Assembly (NCBI GenBank): GCA_902590505.1
Contig: CACIWZ010000005.1
Coordinates: 35,082 to 99,081 of the forward strand
Source of the DNA: an uncultured Pelagibacteraceae bacterium
Lineage (GTDB): Bacteria > Pseudomonadota > Alphaproteobacteria > Pelagibacterales > Pelagibacteraceae
DNA: 64,000 nucleotides
Reading direction: 5' to 3'
Below, one piece after another: positions 9,862 through 20,825 of the stretch. Both the position numbers and the translations under genes were made by a program. The notes under the pieces are model-generated. The model searched no databases, had not been told where the DNA came from, and was given only the letters and a program-made list of their open reading frames with translations. Positions within the stretch are counted from its first letter, which is position 1. Every line of letters begins with the position of its first letter.

Positions 9862-11141
9862 TAGTTAGAATATGCTAAATCACCATTAAGAAAAGTCATT
9901 TTTACTTTACCTTGTAACTTTCTATTTTCAATCGCAGTGTTTTTTGATTTTGATTTTAATTCTTCAGCTTTCACCACCCATGGTTTTTCTAAGTCAAATA
10001 TACAAATATCTGCGTCCGATCCTTCTTTAAGAGTACCTTTATTTATTTTTAATATATTAGCTGGATTAATTGTTAAACACTTTATAATTTTCTCCAAAGG
10101 CAATGACTCATTATGGTAAAGTTCTAAAGCTAGAGATAATAAAGTCTCTATACCGATCGAACCAGTTGCTGCCTGTGCAAATGGAAGCCTTTTACTTTCC
10201 TCATCTTCAGGTATGTGATCTGATACAATTACATCTATGAGATCATTTTTTATACCCTCTATTAATGAAATCCTATCTTCTTCGCTTCTAAGAGGGGGAG
10301 ATAGTTTTAAAAAAGTTCTAAATTCTCCAATGTCATTTTGATTTAATGACAAATTGTTTATAGAAACTCCTGTACTAAATTTTATTCCATTAGATTTATT
10401 TTTTTTAATAACATTAAGAGAATTTTTTGAGGAAATTTGATTAATGTGATATCTGCACGGAAATACACTTAACAAAGATAAATCCCTTTCAATTATAATC
10501 TTTTCAGCAATATCTGAAACACCTTGTAAACCTAATCTTGTTGCCACCTCACCCTGATTAATGCAAGAATTTTTAGCTAATTCATAATCCTCGGCATGTT
10601 GCATAATCAGAACATCAATATCTGAGGCATAATTCATTATTCTAGACATCAATTCAGTATTTTGAATAGTTTTATTAACGTCACTAAATCCGACAATTCC
10701 CCTTGCTTTTAATAATCCAAACTCAGTCATTTGGTTACCTTCCTTTTGTCTAGTAATTGAGGCACATGGAAAAAGATTTACCTTAGCTTTATCCCTGCCT
10801 CTTCTAATTATAAAGTCCACCATAGACACATTATCTATAATTGGCTTAGTATTTGGCATTGTTACAATTGAGGTTACTCCACCTGCTAAAGCTGCTTGAC
10901 TCAGTGTTCTAAAATTTTCTTTATACTCAAAGCCAGGTTCGCCGACAAAAGCCTTCATATCAACTAATCCAGGAATAGCTACCAAGCCTTTCAAATCAAT
11001 TTTCTCTCCTGATTTTGATGTACCAGATTTTTTTCCAACTGATTTTATTTTTCCTTTTTCATCAATAACTATATTACCTATCTCGTCCATCTTTTGAGAT
11101 GGGTCGATAATTCTTACATTCGTTAAAATTTTTTCTTTCAT
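9861..11141 (-). CDS. pyrC: Dihydroorotase-like protein (probably inactive PyrC', partner of ATCase)
   Basis: Amidohydrolase motifs (GGVT..MPNT, PPLR, SDH) next to pyrB; the DxHxH metal motif reads DMKAF. Confidence 0.85.
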   Translation of the reverse strand: MKEKILTNVRIIDPSQKMDEIGNIVIDEKGKIKSVGKKSGTSKSGEKIDLKGLVAIPGLVDMKAFVGEPGFEYKENFRTLSQAALAGGVTSIVTMPNTKPIIDNVSMVDFIIRRGRDKAKVNLFPCASITRQKEGNQMTEFGLLKARGIVGFSDVNKTIQNTELMSRIMNYASDIDVLIMQHAEDYELAKNSCINQGEVATRLGLQGVSDIAEKIIIERDLSLLSVFPCRYHINQISSKNSLNVIKKNKSNGIKFSTGVSINNLSLNQNDIGEFRTFLKLSPPLRSEEDRISLIEGIKNDLIDVIVSDHIPEDEESKRLPFAQAATGSIGIETLLSLALELYHNESLPLEKIIKCLTINPANILKINKGTLKEGSDADICIFDLEKPWVVKAEELKSKSKNTAIENRKLQGKVKMTFLNGDLAYSN

Positions 11142-12086
11142 TTATTTACAGTACAATTTTAAACATGCCATCCTGACAGCTACACCTAATTCAACTTGTT
11201 CTTTTACCAGACTGACATTAATATCATCAGCTAGTTTAGTATCAATTTCAACACCTCTGTTCATCGGACCAGGATGCATTAGTAAAGCATCTTTTTTTGC
11301 AAACTTAAGTTTTTCAGGTGTCAGTCCAAAAAATTCATAATATTCTCTCTTTGATGGAAGAAATGATCCTTGCATTCTTTCATTTTGTAATCTTAACATC
11401 ATAACAATATCACATTCATCTAATCCTTTTTTCATGTCAGTAAATGACTTCACCCCTAAGCTATCTATTCCCTTAGGCATTAAAGTTTTTGGTGCAATGA
11501 CATTTACTTCTGCCCCTAACATATTCATTAAATAAATATTAGACCTAGCAACTCTTGAATGAAGAATGTCTCCGCATATGGCAATTTTTAATCCTTCAAT
11601 TTTACCTTTTCTATTAATAATTGTTAAGGCATCAAGTAAGGCTTGTGTAGGATGTTCTCTCCTCCCATCACCTGCATTAATGACTGCGCAATTAACTTTT
11701 TGTGAAAGAAGATTTGGTGCACCTGAGTCTTGATGTCTTATAACAATTATATCAGGATGCATTGCATTTAATGTCATGGCTGTATCAATTAATGTTTCAC
11801 CTTTTTTTAATGCAGAGTTACCCATATTCATCGTCATTACGTCTGCACCTAATCTTTTTCCAGCTAAATCAAATGAACTCTGTGTTCTTGTAGAAGGTTC
11901 AAAGAATAAGTTAATTTGAGTTTTTCCTCTTAGGACATCTAGTTTTTTTGAACTTCCCCTATTTAATTTTATGAAGGATTTTGCTTCAGTCAAAATCTCT
12001 TTTGCCTCGAGAATTGACAAATTTTGAATACCTAATAGATGTTTGGGAGTGTTTTTAACAGCTGAAACTTTTTTTTCAATTGCCAT
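11142..12086 (-). CDS. pyrB: Aspartate carbamoyltransferase catalytic subunit
   Basis: [33 protein letters not shown]; start taken at ATG 12086. Confidence 0.97.
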   Translation of the reverse strand: MAIEKKVSAVKNTPKHLLGIQNLSILEAKEILTEAKSFIKLNRGSSKKLDVLRGKTQINLFFEPSTRTQSSFDLAGKRLGADVMTMNMGNSALKKGETLIDTAMTLNAMHPDIIVIRHQDSGAPNLLSQKVNCAVINAGDGRREHPTQALLDALTIINRKGKIEGLKIAICGDILHSRVARSNIYLMNMLGAEVNVIAPKTLMPKGIDSLGVKSFTDMKKGLDECDIVMMLRLQNERMQGSFLPSKREYYEFFGLTPEKLKFAKKDALLMHPGPMNRGVEIDTKLADDINVSLVKEQVELGVAVRMACLKLYCK

Positions 12087-12121
12087 TAAAATCAACTCTA
12101 TAGGCCTTTTACTATATTATA

Positions 12122-12586
12122 TCAAGTATTTTTTTTATGATAATAATCAAGAACTCCTTGAAGTATAAATTGAGCTGAATTTTCATCCAATTTATTCACT
12201 TTTTTTGTAGAATTTATTGCTAAATCATTAGATAGATTAAAGGCCCCTTGGCTAGATAGCCTCTCATCCCATAAAGTGATATTTTCTGTAATATCTTTTG
12301 AAAGATTTTTAGCTAGATCTTTAGCTGATTGTGAAGAAGGTCCTTCCGTTCCATCCATATTAATTGGATTTCCTATGACTATTCCGTCAATGTCGTATTC
12401 TTTGACGATTTTCTGAATTTGATCAACTAAGTCCCTATAACTCTCTCTAATAATCGTGGTATAAGGTGTAGCTACAATTTTATTTTCATCTGAAAGAGCT
12501 ATTCCAATTCTCTTGCCGCCAGGATCAATACCAATTAATCTTGATTTTTTCTTAGTTTTTTCAATAAATACGTCAATATCGAGCAT
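12122..12586 (-). CDS. yqgF: YqgF/RuvX pre-16S rRNA nuclease
   Basis: GIDPGGKRIGIALSD, IVIGNP, WDERLSS. Confidence 0.92.
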   Translation of the reverse strand: MLDIDVFIEKTKKKSRLIGIDPGGKRIGIALSDENKIVATPYTTIIRESYRDLVDQIQKIVKEYDIDGIVIGNPINMDGTEGPSSQSAKDLAKNLSKDITENITLWDERLSSQGAFNLSNDLAINSTKKVNKLDENSAQFILQGVLDYYHKKNT

Positions 12587-12637
12587 GAAATTTACCTAAT
12601 TTGTGATAAAACACATTTAAATTAACTTATTGCACAA

Positions 12638-12925
12638 ATGTCCTTAGATAAAGAGAAAATTAAACATGTAGCTAAATTAGCTCGAATTTCAGTTGATGAA
12701 GCTAAAGTAGATAGCTTAACTAAAGATTTAAATTCAATTTTTAAGTTTATTGAACAATTAAATGAACTTAACACTGATAAAGTTGAGCCATTAACATCTA
12801 TTTTAAACCAGTCTTTGAGATCAAGAAAAGATGAAATCAGTGATGGGAAGATTAGAGAAAAAATTCTTCAAAATTCTCCTAAGAAAAACGAGGAGTTTTT
12901 CGTAGTTCCAAAGGTGGTTGAGTAA
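12638..12925 (+). CDS. gatC: Asp/Glu-tRNA amidotransferase subunit C
   Basis: [16 protein letters not shown]; precedes gatA. Confidence 0.95.
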   Translation: MSLDKEKIKHVAKLARISVDEAKVDSLTKDLNSIFKFIEQLNELNTDKVEPLTSILNQSLRSRKDEISDGKIREKILQNSPKKNEEFFVVPKVVE

Positions 12926-14382
12926 TGAGCAATATAACTAATCAAAGTTTAAGTGAAATTTTAAAAAGTATAAAATCTAAGAAGATATCCTCATTAGAAC
13001 TTACACAAGCATATATAAAGAATATCGAAAATGCGAAAAAACTTAATTCTTTCGTTACAACAACTTTTGATCAAGCATTAGAAAATGCAAAAAAATTTGA
13101 TAATAAACCAAACAACGAACAACTTCTTAGCGGGGTACCATTAGCTGTAAAAGATTTATTTTGTACTGAAAATGTAAAAACAACGGCTGGAAGCAACATC
13201 TTAAATAATTTTATTCCTTCATATGAATCAACTGTAACAAAAAATTTATGGAAGAACGGAGCTTTTTTACTCGGAAAATTAAATTGTGATGAATTTGCTA
13301 TGGGTTCATCTAATGAAACAAGTTTTTTCGGAAATGTAATTAATCCTGTTGGAGATCATTTAGTTCCAGGAGGTTCTTCAGGAGGATCTTCTTCAGCTTT
13401 AGCGGCAGATCTTACTCCCGCAACAATCGGTACAGATACAGGTGGGTCAATCAGACAGCCTGCTTCCTTTACTGGTACTGTAGGTCTTAAGCCAACTTAC
13501 GGTCTTTGTTCGAGGTGGGGTATCGTTGCTTTTGCTTCTTCATTAGATCAAGCAGGACCAATGACTAAAACAGTAAATGATTGTTCAATTATGCTTGAAG
13601 CAATGTCTGGTTTTGATGAAAAAGACTCAACCTCAATTAATAAAAAAAAAGAAACATACTCAAAAAATTTAAAAGATAATATCAAAGGATTGAAAATTGG
13701 TATCCCTAAAGAGTATCGAGTAGATAATATGCCAAAGGAAATTGATGAACTTTGGGAAAAAGGAAAAAAAATTTTAAAAGATTTAGGCGCTCAGTTAATT
13801 GATATTTCATTACCCCACACCAAGTATGCTTTGCCTACTTACTATATTGTTGCTCCTGCAGAAGCTTCATCAAATTTAGCAAGATATGATGGTGTAAGAT
13901 ATGGCTACAGATCACAAAAAGGAAAAGATTTAATTGAAATGTATGAAAACACTAGATCAGAAGGATTTGGTGACGAAGTAAAGAGAAGAATATTAATAGG
14001 TACTTATGTTTTATCTTCTGGTTATTACGATGCTTATTATTTAAAAGCTCAAAAAGTAAGACAATTAATAAAAAAAGATTTTGATGATAGTTTTACTAAA
14101 GTTGATGCTATCTTAACACCTTCAACACCAAGCTCAGCATTTAAGATAGGGGAAAAAACTAATGATCCTGTATCAATGTATTTAAATGACATTTTTACAG
14201 TGCCTGTAAATTTAGCCGGATTACCAGCCTTATCTCTACCTGCTGGATTAGACAAGAAAGGTTATCCACTTGGGTTACAATTGATAGGTAAAGCCTTGGA
14301 TGAGCAAAAAATTCTTAATATTGGTTATGCATTCGAAAAAAATTGCGGTTATAAAAATGAAATTAAAAAGTGGTGGTCATGA
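12925..14382 (+). CDS. gatA: Asp/Glu-tRNA amidotransferase subunit A
   Basis: Amidase signature [30 protein letters not shown]. Confidence 0.98.
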   Translation: MSNITNQSLSEILKSIKSKKISSLELTQAYIKNIENAKKLNSFVTTTFDQALENAKKFDNKPNNEQLLSGVPLAVKDLFCTENVKTTAGSNILNNFIPSYESTVTKNLWKNGAFLLGKLNCDEFAMGSSNETSFFGNVINPVGDHLVPGGSSGGSSSALAADLTPATIGTDTGGSIRQPASFTGTVGLKPTYGLCSRWGIVAFASSLDQAGPMTKTVNDCSIMLEAMSGFDEKDSTSINKKKETYSKNLKDNIKGLKIGIPKEYRVDNMPKEIDELWEKGKKILKDLGAQLIDISLPHTKYALPTYYIVAPAEASSNLARYDGVRYGYRSQKGKDLIEMYENTRSEGFGDEVKRRILIGTYVLSSGYYDAYYLKAQKVRQLIKKDFDDSFTKVDAILTPSTPSSAFKIGEKTNDPVSMYLNDIFTVPVNLAGLPALSLPAGLDKKGYPLGLQLIGKALDEQKILNIGYAFEKNCGYKNEIKKWWS

Positions 14383-15848
14383 GCAAAGAAAAATTTGATT
14401 ATTTTATTAATGGTGAGAAAGGGAAGTACGAAGTTGTTATAGGTTTAGAGGTACATGCTCAAGTCCTTTCTAATTCAAAACTTTTTTCAGGCTCCTCAAC
14501 TAAATTTGGAGCTGATCCTAATAAACAAGTAAGTTTAATTGATTCTGCTTTTCCCGGAATGCTACCAGTTATTAATGAGGAGTGTGTGAAACAAGCTGTA
14601 AGAACAGGCTTAGGTTTAAATGCAAAAATAAATAATTATTCAGTTTTTGATAGAAAAAATTATTTTTATGCAGATCTTCCACAGGGCTACCAGATCTCCC
14701 AATATAAAAATCCTATTGTTGGTGAGGGAAAGGTTTTATTAGATATGCCTTATGGTTCAAAAGAAATTGGTATTGAAAGACTTCATTTGGAACAAGATGC
14801 AGGAAAAAGTATCCATGATATGGATCCCTCAAGTACTTACGTTGATTTAAATCGTTCTGGAATTGCTTTAATGGAAATCGTTAGCAAACCCGACCTTCGT
14901 TCGCCCGATGAAGTAAATGTTTACATAAAAAAACTAAGAAGCATCATGAGATACTTGGGCACATGTGATGGCAATATGCAAGAAGGCTCATTAAGAGCAG
15001 ATGTAAATGTATCAGTAAGATTGGCGGGTGATAAAAAATTTGGCACAAGATGTGAAATCAAAAATGTAAATTCAATTAAATTTATGCAAATGGCGATAGA
15101 ATATGAAGCTAATAGACAGGTTGAGTTGCTAGAGGAAGGAAAACAAATAGATCAAGAAACAAGATTGTTTGACACGAAAAAAAATGAAACAAGATCAATG
15201 AGATCAAAAGAGGATGCTCACGACTATAGATATTTTCCTGATCCTGATCTTTTACCTTTAAAACTTGAACAAAAGTTAATTGAAGATCTAAAAAAATCTT
15301 TGCCTGAGTTGCCGGATAATAAGAAGGAGAGATTTATTCAAGAATATGGGCTTAACTCATATGAAGCAAACGTATTAGTTTCTGAAAAAGAAATCTCTGA
15401 CTATTATGAGGAAGTTGCAAAATTATCTGACAAAAAACTTGCAGCTACATGGATGATGGGTGATTTATTTGCAATGCTAAACAATAAAGGACTTAATATT
15501 TCTAACTCACCAATTTCTGCAAAAAATTTTGCTGAGCTAGTACAATCAATTAAATCTGGAGAGATTTCAGGAAGAATAGCAAAAGAAGTTTTCGAAATTA
15601 TGGTTGAAAGCGGTGACAATCCAAAAAAAATTATAGAGTCAAAAGGGATGAAACAACAAAGCGATCCTAAAAAATTGGAAAAAATGATTAATGAAATATT
15701 ATCAAAAAATAAAGATAAAGTTGATCAATATAAAGCTGGAAAAGAAAAATTATTTGGTTTTTTTGTTGGACAAGTTATGAAATTATCTGGCGGGAAAGCA
15801 AACCCTCAATTGACAAATGAAATTCTAAAAAAGCTTTTAAAAGGCTAA
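14379..15848 (+). CDS. gatB: Asp/Glu-tRNA amidotransferase subunit B
   Basis: [35 protein letters not shown]; ATG at 14379. Confidence 0.98.
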   Translation: MSKEKFDYFINGEKGKYEVVIGLEVHAQVLSNSKLFSGSSTKFGADPNKQVSLIDSAFPGMLPVINEECVKQAVRTGLGLNAKINNYSVFDRKNYFYADLPQGYQISQYKNPIVGEGKVLLDMPYGSKEIGIERLHLEQDAGKSIHDMDPSSTYVDLNRSGIALMEIVSKPDLRSPDEVNVYIKKLRSIMRYLGTCDGNMQEGSLRADVNVSVRLAGDKKFGTRCEIKNVNSIKFMQMAIEYEANRQVELLEEGKQIDQETRLFDTKKNETRSMRSKEDAHDYRYFPDPDLLPLKLEQKLIEDLKKSLPELPDNKKERFIQEYGLNSYEANVLVSEKEISDYYEEVAKLSDKKLAATWMMGDLFAMLNNKGLNISNSPISAKNFAELVQSIKSGEISGRIAKEVFEIMVESGDNPKKIIESKGMKQQSDPKKLEKMINEILSKNKDKVDQYKAGKEKLFGFFVGQVMKLSGGKANPQLTNEILKKLLKG

Positions 15849-15850
15849 TT

Positions 15851-16504
15851 ATGCCTAAAAAATTAGATTTAACTGAAAATCTTGAAAAATACATTATTGA
15901 TCATTCAGAATCTTTGACTGATGTTCAGAAAGAGATAATTCAATATAATTTAAGTCTTGGTGATCAACAGAGATTACAAATTTCAGTTTCTCAAGCACAA
16001 TTTCTACAAACATTAATTAAAATCTCTAATATTAAAAAGATTTTAGAAATAGGAAGTTTCACAGGTTTTAGCGCTTTATCAATGGCCTTAGCCCTTCCAT
16101 CTGATGGTCTTCTAATTAGCTTAGATAAAAGTCCTGAATTCAGTATGAAAGCACAATCTTTTTATAAAAAAGCGAATGAAAAAAAGATAAAGCAAATTAT
16201 ACAACCTGCTACTAAAAGCCTAAATGAATTGAAAGACTCAAGTCAAAGATTTGATTTAATTTTTATAGACGCTGATAAAGAAAATTACCTTAACTATTAC
16301 GAGACATGTTTAGAACTTATTGATAAAAAAGGCCTTATTGTCATAGATAATGTTTTGTGGCACGGAGAAGTAATAGATGACACGAAAAATGATAAATTTA
16401 CAAATATTATAAGAGAATTCAATACACACATTAAGAAAGATAGCAGAGTTGTAAAAAATATTATTCCAATAGGCGATGGACTTACAATTTGTATTAAAAA
16501 ATAA
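15851..16504 (+). CDS. SAM-dependent O-methyltransferase (CCoAOMT/TrmR-like, Methyltransf_3)
   Basis: ILEIGSFTGFSA, FDLIFIDADKENY, DNVLWHG, IGDGL. Confidence 0.9.
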   Translation: MPKKLDLTENLEKYIIDHSESLTDVQKEIIQYNLSLGDQQRLQISVSQAQFLQTLIKISNIKKILEIGSFTGFSALSMALALPSDGLLISLDKSPEFSMKAQSFYKKANEKKIKQIIQPATKSLNELKDSSQRFDLIFIDADKENYLNYYETCLELIDKKGLIVIDNVLWHGEVIDDTKNDKFTNIIREFNTHIKKDSRVVKNIIPIGDGLTICIKK

Positions 16505-17409
16505 TGTATACAATTTTTGGTTTTTATAAGTTTAAAAAGATAAAATTTCTAAAAAAATATAAATCTTTATTTCAAAAAGAAATTTTTAAAAATAATGTGA
16601 GGGGTACAATAATTTTATCAGCAGAGGGTATAAATGGAACAATTGCAGGCAAAAAAAACGATATAAGCAAAATAGCAAAAATTATAAAAAGACAATTTCG
16701 GTTGAGGGACTTTGATAGTAAGAATATTTCTAAGAGTCTTTTTCAACCATTCCACAAAGGTAAGATAAAAATCAAAAATGAAGTTGTTCCATTGGGTTTA
16801 AAAATAAACCCAAATAATAAAAAACTTAATAGATATGTTTCTGGAAAATCATGGAATAAACTTATTTCAAATAAAGAAACTTTAGTTATAGATGCTAGAA
16901 AACCATTTGAATATGATGTGGGCACCTTTAAAAATTCTATAAATCCAAATATTCAAAATTTTAGAGATTTTCCAAAATATCTAAAAAAAGTCAATAAAGC
17001 CAAACCTGTAGCAATGTTCTGTACTGGTGGAATTAGATGTGAAAAGGCCTCCATATTTTTAAAAAGAAAAGGTTTTAAAAATGTTTTTCAATTAAAAGGT
17101 GGAATACTTAATTATTTGAAAAAAACTGAGAAGAAAGACAGTCTATGGAAAGGAGAATGTTTTGTTTTTGATAATAGAGTATCTCTTAAACACAAATTAA
17201 AACAGGGAACCTACTCTGTATGCAGTGGATGCCGAATGCCTTTTTCTATAAAAGATAAAAAATCTTACAAATATGAAGAAGGTGTTTCGTGCCCTAGGTG
17301 TTATGACACACTCTCAAATTCACAAAAAACAAGATTTCGCATGAGGCAAAATCAAATTAATCTTGCTAAAAAAGTTGGAAGAAAGCATAAATTTCAAAAG
17401 GAATATTAA
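16504..17409 (+). CDS. trhO: tRNA uridine(34) hydroxylase TrhO (rhodanese-domain, YceA-like)
   Basis: EGINGTIAG, MFCTGGIRCEKAS, LKGGILNYL, WKGECFVFDNRV, C-terminal Cys cluster. Confidence 0.9.
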   Translation: MYTIFGFYKFKKIKFLKKYKSLFQKEIFKNNVRGTIILSAEGINGTIAGKKNDISKIAKIIKRQFRLRDFDSKNISKSLFQPFHKGKIKIKNEVVPLGLKINPNNKKLNRYVSGKSWNKLISNKETLVIDARKPFEYDVGTFKNSINPNIQNFRDFPKYLKKVNKAKPVAMFCTGGIRCEKASIFLKRKGFKNVFQLKGGILNYLKKTEKKDSLWKGECFVFDNRVSLKHKLKQGTYSVCSGCRMPFSIKDKKSYKYEEGVSCPRCYDTLSNSQKTRFRMRQNQINLAKKVGRKHKFQKEY

Positions 17410-17411
17410 TT

Positions 17412-18773
17412 ATGGATTTGACTAAAGGTTCAATTTGGCAACTTTTAAGAAAAGTGACCATACCTGCAAGCACAGGATCCCTATTTCAAACTTTTTATAA
17501 TCTAGTCGATACTTATTTTGCAGGTAGAATTTCACCAGAGGCGTTAGCAGCGATTGCAAAATCATGGCCAATATACTTCGTAGCAATAGCTGTTGCGGTC
17601 GGTATCGGAGCTGGAACTACAGCTTTAATCAGTAATTCAATTGGAGCCAAAGAGGATAGGAAAGCCTCAATGTACGTTGCTCAATCAATAGTATTAGCAA
17701 TCGTAATTTCAATTTTCGTAACTTTATTTGGCTTAAATTTTTCTGATGAACTCTTGAGAATTATGGGTTCTACTGAAGAAAGTATAATCTTAACACGTGA
17801 ATATTTAGATATAATTTTTTTTGGAGCTATCATTGTATTAGTTCAACTATCTTTAAACGGAACTTTAAATGCCCAAGGTGATACAAAAAGTTATAGAAAT
17901 GTTTTAATTTTTACCTTTTTCTTAAATATTTTTTTAAATCCATTATTTATTTTTGGTTATGGATTTATACCAGCATTTGGAATTGCTGGTTTAGCTATCG
18001 CTACGCTGGTTTCTCAGTGTATTGGCTTAATATATTTAGCTAATAAAGTTTATTGCTGTAAATTAAAAAGATTCCTTTATCTAGAATGCTTTAAACCAAA
18101 AATTGAGTTCTTAAGTTCTCTTTTTAAACAATCAGTACCAATAATGTTTACTATGTTGATGATAATGTTTGGAGTATTCAATATTTTCTATTTTGTTGGT
18201 CAATTTGGAGAATTAGCTACAGCGGGTTATGGTACTGCTGTAAGAATAGAACAAGTTTTATTGTTACCAGTCATAGGTTTAAATACTGCTGTTTTATCGA
18301 TAGCAGGCCAAAATTTTGGAGCAAAAATGTATTTTAGAGTAAAAGAAGTATATGGAAAAGCTCTAATGTTTGGTTCAGGATTTATGGTATTAGCAGGTAT
18401 ATTTGTTTATCTAACTTCAGAAATTATAATCTCTTTTTTTACTAATGATTTAGAAGTAATTCGTAGAGGAGCACTTTACTTACAGGTAGCAGCTTTAATT
18501 GGGCCCGTGTATCCAGTTTTCTTTATTACCTCTGCTTTATTCCAGGCACTCAAAAGACCTATTTACAGTTTATACATGACAATTCTAAGACTAACGTTAA
18601 TACCATTCGTGTCGTTATGGTATGTCATAAATGTTAGAAATGGCGAATATCAAGATATTTTCTATACGATTTTAGTAACAAATTGGATGATGGGATTAGT
18701 TGTATTAACTTTCGTGCCATTCTTTTTAAAAAGAGTATTTAGAATTTCTTTGAGAAAATTATTTATATTCTAG
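17412..18773 (+). CDS. MATE family efflux transporter
   Basis: YNLVDTYFAG, NIFLNPLFIFG, GIAGLAIAT, GQNFGA; about 12 TM segments. Confidence 0.92.
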   Translation: MDLTKGSIWQLLRKVTIPASTGSLFQTFYNLVDTYFAGRISPEALAAIAKSWPIYFVAIAVAVGIGAGTTALISNSIGAKEDRKASMYVAQSIVLAIVISIFVTLFGLNFSDELLRIMGSTEESIILTREYLDIIFFGAIIVLVQLSLNGTLNAQGDTKSYRNVLIFTFFLNIFLNPLFIFGYGFIPAFGIAGLAIATLVSQCIGLIYLANKVYCCKLKRFLYLECFKPKIEFLSSLFKQSVPIMFTMLMIMFGVFNIFYFVGQFGELATAGYGTAVRIEQVLLLPVIGLNTAVLSIAGQNFGAKMYFRVKEVYGKALMFGSGFMVLAGIFVYLTSEIIISFFTNDLEVIRRGALYLQVAALIGPVYPVFFITSALFQALKRPIYSLYMTILRLTLIPFVSLWYVINVRNGEYQDIFYTILVTNWMMGLVVLTFVPFFLKRVFRISLRKLFIF

Positions 18774-19493
18774 CTTATTCTCTAATTTTCTTACAAAATA
18801 GGATACTACTAGGATTAGCACTAGGTATTCTAAAATTAAAAAAGTATAAATTTCTAAGGGCCTATAAGTGGTGGTTACGAGCTCATTAGCTTTTCTTGTT
18901 AAATCTCCTATGCCTATAATTGATACTAGAGAAGACATTTTTAAAACATAAACAAATTGGTTTCCCATGGCAGGCAACACAACTTTGATTGCTTGTGGAA
19001 GAATTACCAATCTCATTTTTCTCCAAAAATCCATTCCAAGTGACTCAGATACTTCATGCTGACCTTTTGATATAGAATTAATACCAGCTCTAAAAATTTC
19101 TGCTTGAAACGCACTCTCACTAATGGTCAAAGCTATTATTCCAGAGACAAATGGTGAAAAACTTACTCCAATCATGATTGGAAGGCCATAATAAATCCAA
19201 AGAATTAAAACTAATAAAGGGATGGCTCTAACAATTTCTACGTACGTTATGTTAAAATAAGTTAAGAATTTATTATCTGACAATGAAGGTAGAGCAACTA
19301 TCAAACCGATAATCATTGCTAGAATTATTGAAACTACTGAAATATAAATCGTAGTTGTAATTCCGCTAATTAAAAATTTTAAATTAGTTAAACCATCTAT
19401 ATTATCTGGACTTAGTATATACCAACCCCATTCATAGTTTGAACTACATCCTTGAAGTAAAAATAGAATAGAAATTATTTTTAAAAATTTCAC
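18759..19493 (-). CDS. Polar amino acid ABC transporter permease
   Basis: YVEIVRAIPLLV, AEIFRAGI, GQHE (EAA loop), ILPQA, LKMSSLVSII. Confidence 0.92.
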   Translation of the reverse strand: MKFLKIISILFLLQGCSSNYEWGWYILSPDNIDGLTNLKFLISGITTTIYISVVSIILAMIIGLIVALPSLSDNKFLTYFNITYVEIVRAIPLLVLILWIYYGLPIMIGVSFSPFVSGIIALTISESAFQAEIFRAGINSISKGQHEVSESLGMDFWRKMRLVILPQAIKVVLPAMGNQFVYVLKMSSLVSIIGIGDLTRKANELVTTTYRPLEIYTFLILEYLVLILVVSYFVRKLENKLEYK

Positions 19494-19534
19494 TAAATGA
19501 CTATATTTGTAAATTGGATGTATTGAAACTTAAA

Positions 19535-20305
19535 TTATAAGCTTTTTAGATCGTACTTTGCCAGTAAAGTTTTAAAAAATCCAGATGATTGTTTTTTCTT
19601 AATCCAATTGCTGACATAATCGTTCCATACTTTATCACCCTTTGGAACCATCATGGCTAAAAATGCTGGATTTTTTCCACCATCAGGAACTATGGCTAAT
19701 TGAGGATATTTAATAACTAGTTTGTTTGCTTCTGTTGAACTTGTAATATTTCCATCAGCTCTTCCTGCTAAAACTTCTTGGAAATCTCTCGCTGGAGCTT
19801 CAACTGATTGAAGTTTTGATTTTGGAAAAAATTCTTTTGCTTTTTCTTCCTGAGACGTACCCAATGTTGTAGCTATTGTAACACTACTATTGTTTAAAGA
19901 CTCCCAAGTTGAAAACTTTTTTAAATTCTTTTTTAAAACAAGAGGGACTGTTGCATACTTATAATATGTAGCAGTAAACCCTGCTACTTCTGCTCTTTTT
20001 GGTGTTTTGGTTACACTTGTCGATATATCGTATCTATCAGCTGTTATTCCTGCAACAATAGTTTTCCACTCTGCAGGCACAAATTTTACTTTTACGCCCA
20101 AATCTTTAGCTAGTTCATTCATCACATCAATATCAAATCCTTTGTACTTGTTTGTTTTTGGATCTTTCATTGACATTGGATCCCAGTCTCCTGTCGTACC
20201 AACTCTTAGCTCACCACTTTTTTTGATTGAGTCTAGCTTAGATGCTGCTTGAGCACTTGTTGTTATAAGTAGTACTAATAATATTGAAAATATTTTTTTA
20301 ATCAT
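19535..20305 (-). CDS. Family 3 solute-binding protein (cyclohexadienyl dehydratase-related clade)
   Basis: Signal peptide (AQA), [23 protein letters not shown]. Confidence 0.85.
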   Translation of the reverse strand: MIKKIFSILLVLLITTSAQAASKLDSIKKSGELRVGTTGDWDPMSMKDPKTNKYKGFDIDVMNELAKDLGVKVKFVPAEWKTIVAGITADRYDISTSVTKTPKRAEVAGFTATYYKYATVPLVLKKNLKKFSTWESLNNSSVTIATTLGTSQEEKAKEFFPKSKLQSVEAPARDFQEVLAGRADGNITSSTEANKLVIKYPQLAIVPDGGKNPAFLAMMVPKGDKVWNDYVSNWIKKKQSSGFFKTLLAKYDLKSL

Positions 20306-20380
20306 TTTGTGTTAATAGCTAATCTCTCTCTTTTTTTCGATTTGCAATTTGACCCACTTTAATAATCTTTTGAAAAGGGG

Positions 20381-20410
20381 TTGACTGAAAGGCAGTTTAT
20401 CAGCTATAAA
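20381..20410 (+). promoter_or_regulatory. Putative sigma70 promoter of umuDC
   Basis: TTGACT (20381-20386), 18 bp spacer, TATAAA (20405-20410). Confidence 0.65.
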
Positions 20411-20425
20411 GAACAAAACAAGAAC
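20411..20425 (+). promoter_or_regulatory. Alphaproteobacterial LexA (SOS) box
   Basis: GAAC-AAAACAA-GAAC matches the GAAC-N7-GAAC direct repeat, 4 nt before the umuD ATG. Confidence 0.85.
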
Positions 20426-20429
20426 ATTT

Positions 20430-20825
20430 ATGAAGCTAACAATACCTTATTATCTACACAAAGTAGGAGCTGGCTTTCCTTCTCCAGCAACAGATTATAT
20501 TGAGGACGATATAGATCTAAACTCTCATCTAATAACAAATGCACCAGCTACTTTCATTATAAGAGTGCAGGGCAAATCTATGACTAATGTCGGTATATAT
20601 GATGGAGATCTATTAATAGTAGACAAAAGCTTAAATCCAAAAAATTTCTCCACTATTATAGCAAATATCAACGAAGAACTTGTAGTTAAAACTTTGATTA
20701 AAAGTAAGGGTAGCAACTACCTAACATCAGGATCAAAAAACACATCAGATCGAATTAATTTAACAGATAATCCAGAAATAATAATTTGGGGAGTAGTAAC
20801 ATATGTCATACACAAACAGCAGTAA
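20430..20825 (+). CDS. umuD: UmuD (S24 peptidase; Pol V accessory)
   Basis: AGFPSPA cleavage motif, RVQGKSM (Ser), VVK (Lys), IWGVV. Confidence 0.92.
   Translation: MKLTIPYYLHKVGAGFPSPATDYIEDDIDLNSHLITNAPATFIIRVQGKSMTNVGIYDGDLLIVDKSLNPKNFSTIIANINEELVVKTLIKSKGSNYLTSGSKNTSDRINLTDNPEIIIWGVVTYVIHKQQ

Noticed and set aside
12587-12637. CtrA-like TTAA motifs in intergenic regions
   Set aside because: No correctly spaced TTAA-N7-TTAA site is present here, and TTAA is too frequent in AT-rich DNA to be informative.
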